A stretch of 20,000 nucleotides of DNA from Chiloscyllium plagiosum (Eukaryota): the NCBI RefSeq assembly GCF_004010195.1, contig NC_057719.1, positions 59,668,438-59,688,437 of the forward strand, written 5' to 3'. Shown piece after piece: positions 10,999 through 20,000 of this stretch. Position 1 is the stretch's first letter; every line of letters begins with the position of its first letter. The notes under the pieces are model-generated. The model ran no database searches, had not been told where the DNA came from, and saw nothing but the letters and a program-made list of their open reading frames with translations. Position numbers and translations under genes: made by a program.

Positions 10999-12660
10999 CT
11001 GCTTTATGATTGTTGGATTAACAAGGGCTGTATGCACCAGGTCTAAAAGGAAAAAAAGCTTCTGTGGCTTCTTAAAGAAGAGGTACAGCTAGGAAGATTC
11101 ATGTATTTCAGAAGGAAACACCACCACTACATCTGACCAGAAAAGAGAAACTTCAGTGCAGAAAATCCAATTCTGTGATGCCATATAGCACGTCATTCGT
11201 ATTTGTTTCTCCAGAAGCCAAAATATTTTCTCCAGTTGCTGTATTTTGGAGACTATTGTATATTTGGTTGCCAACTTAATTCATTTTTAAAATAATCATT
11301 GGCTGAATTACAATTTTTTAAAAGAAAATGTATCATTAGATGTACTCAATACTGTCACATAATGCATTGTTTGACATTTAGTGCTATTCCAACATCTTAA
11401 TGTGGCATTTAGTTTTTTTTATATTAATAACACTTGACTCCTCAACTAAGATTTATGTTATAAGTATAATTTCTAAATCAAATTTAAAGTGTAACTGCCT
11501 TAAACTTGTAGAATGATTCTTAACCATTGTAAAATAAAGTGTTAAATGAGAGGATGTTTTCATACTTTGCTTTATTAATTTACTTACTATCCATACAGGT
11601 AAACAGAGTAATGATTTCTTGTTACTCTATACTGATTATGCAACAATTCGTAAAAGAGAACTCAATCTGAGAAAGCCTGGTAGAATGATTTCAACTGAAA
11701 GATCAGCTTGTGCACTTTTCCATAATGAAAATGATTTAATTTTAATTGTTATATAAATCTAGTTCTTCCATCAACCCCATCTTTGCATTTTCACTAAGAT
11801 CTGCCGTTTGACAACTCAGTTAAGAGTGCAAACAGTTACTCATTCTCCCAAATGTGGTCTGCCAAACCAGAATCCTAAAGCTAAATTTCTAGTGCTAAAG
11901 TAGCTAATAAATAAATAATTTAATTTTACTGCAAAACTTTGGTCATTGTTTGCCACGTTGACTATAAGGTAATTCTAATTGTTCCCACTTTTTAAAGGAA
12001 TGATGTACTTTAATTGGGAATAATCGAAGAATGACTCCAAAAACCTGCCAAATGTACAGTTTTTAAAAATTTCTTCACATTAGGGATTTCAATTAGAATT
12101 TTTCACACTGGACTGTACTTACGTGTATTTTAATGTGCCAATATATTTGTGGTTTCTATCACCATTTATTACCATAAACCTCTGCACTCTTCAGGGTTCA
12201 ACAAAATTTCACAAGATATAATTCAAATTTAGAAGTAACAAAAGCAATAGTTTGTTTGTATTGCTGGATATTTTTTACAATTCCGGTGGACATATTGAAG
12301 GCAACATGTGAAAATGTCTGAGTAAGCATCTAATAATGCTGTAATACTTAAGGGTGCACTGCCCAGACAGTGCTTTCTCTCTCTGCTTGCTTGCTAAAGT
12401 ATTATAGCTAATAATTATAAATGTTGAATACAGAATTGGAATAACTTCAGAATCATATTGAAGTTGGTTAAAGGTCATACAAAGGTCCATAAAGGGCAGA
12501 AATAAACAGTCAAACATTTATAAATTACTATATCAGGGCCAATAGTCAAATTAAAATATTTTTAACCTGTTAACAATAAATATGGCAATTTGTGCACAGG
12601 TATTTTGTATAGTTTATTGTGCAGTGAGAAATAAAATTTTGAATTTTCCTTGGAAATTTA
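10999..12660 (+). other. SNX6: Probable SNX6 3' UTR with candidate polyadenylation signals
   Basis: AT-rich, no recognisable repeats after the stop; AATAAA at 11533, 11906, 12575 and 12630. Retroelement debris resumes at ~12780. The true end cannot be determined from sequence alone. Confidence 0.6.
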
Positions 12661-12778
12661 ATTTTATTTAGTTCTATAATTCAGAACAATTGTTTAAAAT
12701 TATTGGCTTCCCTTAATGGTTGCTTGCACCTTCTAAATATAATGTAGCAAAATGAATCCAAAAGCTTGTGCCTACATA

Positions 12779-13273
12779 GAATGTGAGCTTTGAGGGCAAG
12801 GCCAATACTCATTGCCCATCGCTGAATACCCTTGAGAAGGTGGTAGTGTGCTATTTTCTTTATTGTGAACTGCAATAGTCCTTGCGATGAATGGACACTC
12901 TGAGTCCTTTCAAAATGTGAGTTCCAGATTTGTGGCCAAGCAACAGTGAACGAATGGTGATGTAGCTCCACTTCAGGATGGTATGTGGCTTGCAGGAGAA
13001 CTTGCAGTTGGTGTTCCCAGGTATCTGTAACCCTTGATCTTGAGGTCCCAGGTTTTGGAAGGTGCTGTCCTGGAAACCTTGGTGAGTTACTACAGCGCAT
13101 CATCTAGATTGTACAGATGACCGGTACTGTTTATGTGGTGGAGGGAATGGGGTGAATGTTTCAAATGATGAAAGGAATATAAATCAAGGCTGCTTTGTCC
13201 TAAATGGTCTTGAGCTACTTGAGAGTATTATTGGAGCTGCAGTTGTAGACAAGTAGAAGTGTATTGCATCACA
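12779..13273 (-). mobile_element. 3' end of a LINE (CR1/L2-group, second family)
   Basis: Minus-strand translation SFTVAWPQIWNS..GLLQF..KKIAHYHLLKG is a typical LINE ORF2 C-terminus. It is followed by tail gatgggcaatgagtattggcc..ctcacat, similar to the tail at 18655-18700. Confidence 0.75.
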
Positions 13274-13566
13274 TAAGAATCACAGGAATTTGCAGCACAA
13301 AAAGAGCTATTGTTTTGACATGAAGTCATCTAGCTTATCTCACTTTATCTCCTGGTCTCTAGCCTTGTATATAATGACACTTTGTGTATCCAATGTATTT
13401 TTTTGAAATGTTGAGTGTTTCTCAATGTTAAGTTAATGGGAATCATGAGAAAATGCTCCACTGTTTGGAGCTGTTTCTAGCATGAAGATTGTAGTTGTAG
13501 AAGGCTAATATTCTAACCCCAGGACATTGCTGCAGACATAGGTATTTTCCTAGTTAATCTGCACAG

Positions 13567-13642
13567 CTCTGGAGCACGTGGGACTTGAATCTGGGCCTTC
13601 TAGTTTAAAGATAGGAACACTTCCATTGCACCAAAAGAGCCC
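13567..13642 (-). mobile_element. tRNA-derived short SINE, copy A (partial)
   Basis: Minus strand gggctcttttggtgcaatgg (A box)...gattcaagtccc (B box); similar to copies B-D. Confidence 0.65.
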
Positions 13643-13670
13643 CTTGGCTTTCTGCAGAACTAGATATTTG

Positions 13671-13775
13671 TAATCAACCTATTCAGGAATGTTATTACAA
13701 TCTCGAGCAGGTGGAACTTGAACCCTGGCCTCCTGATCGATAGGTAGGGACACTACCACTGTATCACAAGAGCCC
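13671..13775 (-). mobile_element. tRNA-derived short SINE, copy B
   Basis: Minus strand gggctcttgtgatacagtggtagtgtccctacc..ggccagggttcaagttccacctgctc..gaataggttgatta, with Pol III A and B boxes at tRNA-like spacing. Confidence 0.75.
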
Positions 13776-13989
13776 ATTTGGTTTGCTGCTGAACTGTGTA
13801 GTCCTTTGTAGGTGATATAGTTTTCTTTGTTAGCCCACATAACAAAAATGAGAGAGATTTGGGTTCTTACTGAGTCAAGTATCTGGACGTTTATTAACAA
13901 CTGACAACGTACACTGATTTGGCATCTCAGACATGCATATAGTCTTTGTTCCATCCTTAATTATATTACTATTCCATTATAGACAGTTA

Positions 13990-14097
13990 TAATCAACCTG
14001 TTCAGATGTATTATGATACACCTCTAGAGCAGGTTGTATGTAAACTAAGACCTCCTGGTTCAGAGGGGTAATATTACCACTGCACCACAAGAGTCCC
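13990..14097 (-). mobile_element. tRNA-derived short SINE, copy C
   Basis: taatcaacctgttcaga..ctctagagcagg..cctcctgg..taccactgcaccacaagagtccc aligns end to end with copy B. Confidence 0.75.
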
Positions 14098-14103
14098 AGA
14101 AAA

Positions 14104-14489
14104 GGGTGAGGGATGACCTTATAGAGGTTTATAAAATCATGAGGGGCATGGATGGGTAAATAGACAAGGACTTTTTCCTGAGGTGGGGGAGTTCAGAACT
14201 AGAGGGCATAGATGTAGAGTGAGGGGAAAGATTTAAAAGGGACCTGGGGGCAACATTTTCATGCAGTGGGTGATGCATGTATGGAATAAGCTGCCAGAGG
14301 AAATGGCGGAGGCTGGTACAATTACATTTAAAAGGCAAATGGATGGATATATGAATAGGAAGGGTTTAGAGTGATATGGGCCAAATGCTGACAAATGGGA
14401 CTAGATTAATTTAGGATATCTAGTCAGCATGGATGAGTTGGACCAAAGGGTCTGTTTCTATGCTGTACATCTTTAAGACTCTGACTATA
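14104..14489 (+). mobile_element. 5'-truncated CR1 LINE (ORF2 C-terminus and 3' UTR)
   Basis: Encodes DLIEVYKIMRGMD..RTRGH..VWNKLPEE; the tail ends gggtctgtttctatgctgtacatctttaagactctgactata; same family as 31-197. Confidence 0.88.
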
Positions 14490-14602
14490 ACTACAAATTT
14501 TGATGACTTTTTAATGTTGTAGTGTTATTTGTTACTCATTGCTCTTGAGATTAATTCCACTTGGAGCATGTATCCTTGTCTGCTTTTTCCAAACATATTT
14601 TC

Positions 14603-14661
14603 TAACCAACCTGCTCAGTGATGTTATTAAACACCTCTGAAACAGATGAGAATTTGAACCC
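14603..14661 (-). mobile_element. tRNA-derived short SINE, copy D, truncated by the palindromic insert
   Basis: taaccaacctgctcagtgatgttattaaacacctctgaaacag..ttgaaccc matches copies B and C up to the B box, then breaks. Confidence 0.65.
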
Positions 14662-14885
14662 AAGATGTAGGTTTGCTCACTGAGCTGGAAGGTTCATTTT
14701 CAGATGTTTCATCACCCTACTCGTTAACATCTTCAGTAAGCCTCCAGACAAAGCTTTGTCCGGAGGCTCACTGAAGATGTTACCTAGTAAGGTGACGAAA
14801 TGTCTGAAAATGAACCTTCCAACTCAGTGAGCAAACCTAAATTCAGAACCTCAACCTGAGCCACAAATCTTCTCAAAACTTGCTG
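14662..14885. mobile_element. Palindromic element, probably inverted Penelope-type terminal repeats, with minimal hammerhead motifs
   Basis: Arms 14668-14753 and 14754-14839 are reverse complements (77/86 by manual count), no loop, centre gacaaagctttgtc. Hammerhead-like motif at 14768-14807. Confidence 0.8.
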
Positions 14886-15284
14886 ACCCTTCTATGAGCC
14901 CCAGAACTGCTGTCTCCTGCTCAACCATCTTCATCAGCTGAATCAATGACCCGTCTTTCATTAACAAGTCTAAGTAGGGATGTTAGTGATTGCACAATGT
15001 TCAGCTGTGTTCGGGACTCCCCAGATCTTGAAGCATCATGCAACATGACACAGATAAATTTCAGTGTGGGTTACAGCATTATAGGAAAATGTGGGGGATG
15101 GATGATGATGATGCCTGTGGAGAGTCTGAGTTATGAGCAAAATGTAGGCTAGCATCTACTTTATAATAAAGGTCTGTCATGAATTTTATAAAAGTGAGTT
15201 GTCTACTTAGCATAGATTAGAGGGCTCTGTTCCCTTTTGATTTGCCTCTAAATCTTCTGGTGCTGGTAGTCCTGGTACCTTCTC

Positions 15285-15487
15285 ATAAAAGTAAAATGCT
15301 ATGGATGCTGAAAATCTGAAATAAAAACAAAACTATTGGAATAACTCAGCAAGTCTGATAGAGGTGGGAGAAAGTTTTACCCTGTTAATGTTTGTAGACC
15401 AGTATAACTGTTTAGAATTGCTACTGGACTCAATATTAAACTATTTCTCCACAAATGCTGCCAAACCTGCTGAATTTCTCCAGCACT
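15285..15487. mobile_element. Old inverted pair of Penelope-like terminal repeats
   Basis: Left part resembles 9115-9230 (gatgctgaaaatctgaaataaaaaca..aactcagcaagtctg); right part (ctggactc..ttctccacaaatgctgccaaacctgctgaatttctccagca) is the same repeat in the opposite orientation. Confidence 0.7.
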
Positions 15488-16980
15488 CCATGATTACAGC
15501 ACTAGTTCCTTCCACTCGTGACTTTGTTTCCATTCTCAATATTTACTGATGGGCTAAAGATTATTCCTGCCACTAGGAGCCTCCAGAGGCTTTGTAAAAC
15601 TATGGGATCAATAGTATTTTAACAATACAGTAATTTGCTCCTTCAATAGGACATCTCCTTTGCTGGTGAGGTTTGTGGAAGCTGATCCAAGAAGATCTGA
15701 CCTTAGGGTTCCAGAGTGTTGCCGACAGATAATTGGATGAAAAAGGAAAATCATTCTAAGAATTGAGAAAAAGATTTGACAAAGGTTTTTTTTTCTTGGG
15801 TAATGTTTAAATCTTGTTTTTTTTCTATTAAATATAAAGAGCATATGAATAGTGATTAAAATCTAGCTGGGGTTGTTACTTGGAAACAAACAGTGGGACT
15901 GGAAATGGAACTCAAGTGAGCAATTTTTCAATTCATTTGAGCATGGAGATCTGTATCATTTAGATTCAAATGTGCAGATTTTTTTTTCTTACATTAAATG
16001 GAATTGTGTATTTTTAGTTCGAGCTGTAGAGATAGGCTGATGAAGCTTATGTTGCTCACCCTAAAATCAGTACAGGGTGGGACAGTGATAGTTGTTGGGT
16101 CATCCAGAAGAATCACTAAAGAGGGAACAGATTACTTTGGTCACACGGCTGGATTTATGGAAGATGAAGTGAGCACACTGGATAAATACAGCAAGAAGCC
16201 ACAGACGCAGCATGAGGAGGCTTCTGTGTCATTGATGGTGTGTATGTATTGAGCAGGAGTAGCTAATTAGCCTGTGCTGACTATCACAGCAATTAAAATG
16301 AGGAATGTAGGCAGCAGACATTTAGGGTGAAGGGTAAAATGGTAACAGCATACATTGGTAAATTTAGTATGTAGCAAACATTGTCATTTTCTCCTTAAAA
16401 TATTATTCAATGTATAGAGAATGAAGATGTCTAATGCATTAATGTTGAGAAATTAAAAACTGAATATGCACTCAAACCACTCGATCAGAACACAATTGCA
16501 GTAATAAGAGACACAAACACAAATCTATAATGAAAGGGGAGATGTTAGCATAGTGATATTGCTGTTGGATTTGTAATCCAGAAACCCAGTTAATGTTTTG
16601 AGAATCTGGGCTTAAATTCTACCATAGCAGAGGTGGAATTTGAATTCAACAGTGTCTGGAAAAAGAAAGTCCAGTGATGAATTAAAACCATTGTTCATTT
16701 TGTAAAAACACATCTGATTTTGTAATAAAGGAAAACTGACAGTCATACCTGGTTTGGCCTATGTGTGGTTTAACTCTTAACTGCCCTCTAAAATGACTTT
16801 GCAAGTGACTTAGTTGTATCAATTACTGAAAGGTCTCAAAAAAAGAAACTGGATGGACCAAATGCCATTGACTAAGGTGCTGAAAAAGACAATGGCAAAC
16901 TCAGCCCTATTGACTCTGCAAACTCCTCCCCACCAATATTTGTGCACTAGTGCAAACATTGGGAGACCGAGCTCACAGAA

Positions 16981-17104
16981 CTGATGAAGCCTGAAACGTC
17001 GACTCATCCTCCTCGGATGCTGCCTGACCTGTTGGGCTTTTTCCAGCACCACAATTTATCAACTCTGACTTCTTCAACATCTGCAGGCCTGACTATCTCC
17101 TGTT
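16981..17104 (+). mobile_element. Short Penelope-type terminal fragment inserted into the LINE
   Basis: Starts ctgatgaagcctgaaacgtcgactc and contains gatgctgcctgacctg..ttccagca; flanked by direct repeat tcacagaa(c) at 16973 and 17105. Confidence 0.75.
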
Positions 17105-18099
17105 TCACAGAACAGTTAAACAACAGTCTGACATAGTCATACTCAAGGAGTTATACTTTACATACAATATCCAAAACAACACCAGTGCATTCTTGGGTAT
17201 GTCCTGTCCCACTGGTAGGATAAACTGAGGAAAGATGGTGGCACAGTGGTATTTGTCAAGGGTATTGACCTGAGAGTCAATATTAACTGTGGCCACTAAG
17301 AAGCCTTATGGCATCAGATCATACATGAACATGAAAACCTCTTGCTGATTACCATGGACCATCTTCCTTGAGCTAATGAATCAGTACTCTTTCATGTTGA
17401 ATGACACTAGGAAGGAACATTGAGGATGGCAAGGGTGCAGAATGTACACTGGATGGGTGACTTCAATGTTCATCACCAAGAATAGCTCAGCAGCACCACA
17501 ACTGACCAAATTGTCTTAAATGACAGTTGCTAGACTGGATCTGTGGGAAGTGGTGAGGGATCCAACAAGAGGGATAACCATACTTGACTTTATCCCTACC
17601 AATTTGCCAGCTGCAGATGAGTAACCTCTACATAGTCCTTGTGGAAAGAAAGTCCTATGTTCATATTGATGATGCCCTCCATCATGTTGTCTAGCACAAT
17701 CATTGTGCTAAATGGGATAGATTTCAAAATGATCTGGCAATTCAAGGCTGTGTGGCTGTGAGGCATTGTAGAATTCTATTCCATTAATTTGCATCTCATA
17801 GATCATGAACTGCACCTCATGGTCCAGCATATCCCCTACTGCACAAATACCATAAAGCCAAGGGATTAAACCTGTTTCAATAAAGAGTGCAGGAGGTGAT
17901 GTCAGGAGTAGCACCAGGCACACCTAAAAATAGGTGTCAACTACTTGTGTGTCAAACAGCATCAACAGAAAGTGATACACTTGAACTAAGCGATTCCACA
18001 TCTGATAGATTCAGCTCTGCCGATTTGGATTGAGTTGTGAATGGTAGTGGACAATCAAACAACTCACTGGATGGGTACGCTTCACAAACATCTCCATAA

Positions 18100-18310
18100 T
18101 GTGTCAGCAGGTCTGGCAGCATCTGTAAGGAGAGAAAAGAGCTGACGTTTCGAGTCTAAGTGACCCTTTGTCAAAGTTTTGACAAAGGGTCACTTAGACT
18201 CGAAAAGTCAGCTCTTTTCTCTCCTCACAGATGCTGCCAGACCTGCTGAGATTTTCCAGCATTTTCTCGTTTGGTTTCAGATTCCAGCATCCGCAGTAAT
18301 TTGCTTTTAT
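18100..18310. mobile_element. Young palindromic Penelope-type insertion with target-site duplication
   Basis: Arms 18104-18175 and 18178-18249 are reverse complements (70/72 by manual count); right arm continues to ..gcagtaatttgcttttat; flanked by atctccataa at 18090-18099 and 18309-18318. Confidence 0.88.
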
Positions 18311-19211
18311 CTCCATAAGGTGAACAGACCAGCATATTAATGCAAAATATAAGGCCAAAATATGTTCAACAATTGTCAGCCTGAAGTGTGCAATAAACAG
18401 TCCATCTTGGTCTCATTCAGAGATTCCAACGTCACAGATGCCAGTTTTCAGCCAATACAATTCACTCCATGTGATATCAAGAGATGGCTGGATTCTGCAA
18501 AGATATTTGCCCCTTAATACTTTCTGAAAATAGTATTGAAGACTTGTGCTCCACAATCTGCTGAACCATAAGTCAAGCTGTTCTAGTACAGCAACAACAC
18601 TCATATCTATCCGACAATATGGAAATTGCCCAGTTATGTCCTGTACCCAAAAACAGGGCAATAAATGCTGACCTCGCAAACGGCTCCCACAACCTATGAA
18701 TGAATAGAAAAATAGAACGATCCTAGTTTATAGGTGTTATTTCATTACAAGTAAAAGAACATTAGTCACTATAAATGGTATTTTGATTACAGAAATGAAA
18801 AAAATGCTTAATTTATAAGAACGAAGACAGCTTAAAATGTCATCGTTATATCCCCCGTCCCCGAGACCTGACTCATCTTCACATTAGATATTAATATCAA
18901 AGTTGACCTTTTAAAATTATTCTTGGAATGCAAACATTCAGGATGTTTGGATAGAATGATTTCTGGGAAGGACATTGAAACATTCTTAGCAACTTGAATG
19001 AAACAAGCATTCTGGCCGAGAATATTGCTATCGATTCAGGGGGTTTGCTGTGACTCAGGGTCTGGCGGCGGGGGTGTTGCAGAGACTGGGGAAGGTTTTC
19101 TCCAGCCCAGGGGAGCCCTCTTCAACTTTCAATCAAAACCAAATAAAACTCCAGGCCCATGGGGACAGATAGATCGCCCTCACATGCACTGGCCCTGACC
19201 GTCACTCGGAC

Positions 19212-19560
19212 AGCGACTGTTCCTCCGGAGCGGAGGCGGCGCTGTGAGCGACTGTTCCTCGGGAGCGGAGGCGGCGCTGTGAGCGGATGTTCCTCCGGAG
19301 CGGAGGCGGCGCTGTTCATCCGGAGCGGAGGCGGCGTTGTGAGCGACTGTCCCTCCGGAGCGCAGGCGGCGCTGTGAGCGACTGTTCCTCGGGAGCGGAG
19401 GCGGCGCTGTGAGCGGCTGTTCCTCCGGAGCGCAGGCGGCGCTGTGAGCGGCTGTTCCTCCGGAGCGGAGGCGGCGCTGTGAGCGGCTGTTCCTCCGGAG
19501 AGGAGGTGGCGCTGTGAGCGGCTGTTCCTCCGGAGCGGAGGTGGCGCTGTGAGCGGCTGT
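19212..19560. repeat. GC-rich 35-bp minisatellite, ~10 copies
   Basis: Unit agcg(g/a)ctgttcctccggagcggaggcggcgctgtg with starts at 19212, 19247, 19282, 19342, 19377, 19412, 19447, 19482 and 19517; one unit has a 10-nt deletion near 19315. Confidence 0.97.
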
Positions 19561-19712
19561 CCAGGGCGGCTCCAGCTGCAGCTTCAGCTCCCGCTCTGCC
19601 GCTGTCGACCAGAAGGGTTCGGGTGACGGCGCTGTGAGCGGCTGTCCAGGGCGGCTCCAGCTGCAGCTTCAGCTCCCGCTCTGCCGCTGTCGACCAGAAG
19701 GGTTCGGGTGAC
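19543..19712. repeat. Exact 85-bp tandem duplication
   Basis: 19543-19627 is identical to 19628-19712 (ggcgctgtgagcggctgtccagggcgg...gggttcgggtgac). Confidence 0.97.
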
Positions 19713-20000
19713 AGGACTGGACGGAGCTCATTAATGTCTGGTACGTTGGCTCCTGCTCGGCGGCGAGAGTTTAGCTGTTGGGAGTGACTTTACAGCGGGT
19801 TCCGGGTGAGGTGAATGCGGCGGTTCCGGGCCGTGCTCCTTCCCCGAAACCCTGATCCTTGACTGGGCCCGATGTGGGAGATTATGCCACACCCCGCCGG
19901 GGATAGTTAACACCCCATTACCCCTCTCCGACAGACTCCCTTCTACTGCAGACTCTGACCCCACTCCGTTCCTACACCCCCACATCCCCCCCACTTCTCT

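Larger units (their letters stand above)
16538..18712 (+). mobile_element. Decayed LINE with tRNA/DeuSINE-like 5' head, APE endonuclease remnant, large internal deletion of the RT and retained 3' tail
   Basis: Degenerate A box (tagcatagtga, 16546) and B box (gggcttaaattc, 16608). APE motifs KQQSDIVILKELY (~17120), WMGDFNVHHQE (GDFN 17456-17467) and PTRGITILDFIPTNLP. Pre-RT IYPTIWK..CPVPK up to ~18655, then directly the tail gggcaataaatgctg..atgaatgaatagaaaaa. Confidence 0.8.
19170..20000. promoter_or_regulatory. CpG island, probable promoter/first exon of the downstream gene
   Basis: Sharp rise in GC and CpG against a CpG-depleted window, extending into non-repetitive sequence (19713-19900); candidate donor CGG|gtgagg at 19805/19806. 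Confidence 0.6.

Noticed and set aside
13275..13425. Possible further minus-strand CR1 tail remnant
   Set aside because: Too degenerate to support by eye.
13671..13775. Functional tRNA gene
   Set aside because: A and B boxes are present, but there is no clean cloverleaf, the copies are diverged and they share a non-tRNA extension, as expected for a SINE.
15998..16252. 84-aa ORF as a possible exon or small gene
   Set aside because: No recognisable homology and no convincing splice-site pair; the length is compatible with chance.
19212..19560. CRISPR-like array or coding repeat (ORFs 19122-19319 and 19159-19377)
   Set aside because: Units are contiguous with no unique spacers, the context is vertebrate, and a 35-bp period breaks any reading frame.

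Overview
Vertebrate genomic DNA, almost certainly a cartilaginous fish (inferred from the repeat families; probably a carpet or bamboo-type shark). The + strand carries the last three coding exons of sorting nexin 6 (SNX6; 5552-5711, 8160-8245, 10945-10998) and an AT-rich 3' UTR with several AATAAA signals. The rest is mostly decayed retroelements: (i) a near full-length, inactivated CR1 LINE (zinc-finger/esterase ORF1, APE-RT ORF2) at ~535-4542; (ii) a Penelope-like element with RT and GIY-YIG remnants at ~6075-7160, plus several short Penelope terminal-repeat copies; (iii) four short tRNA-derived SINEs; (iv) a second LINE family, whose copy at ~16538-18712 starts with a tRNA/DeuSINE-like head and lacks most of the RT. 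The window ends in a CpG island with a 35-bp minisatellite and an exact 85-bp duplication, probably the promoter of the next gene. The most notable observations are two long, essentially loopless palindromes (14668-14839, 18104-18249) carrying minimal hammerhead-ribozyme motifs on both strands (one with a U3:A8 compensated core), and the SINE-headed, internally deleted LINE. All family assignments come from motif recognition by eye; no database search was run.
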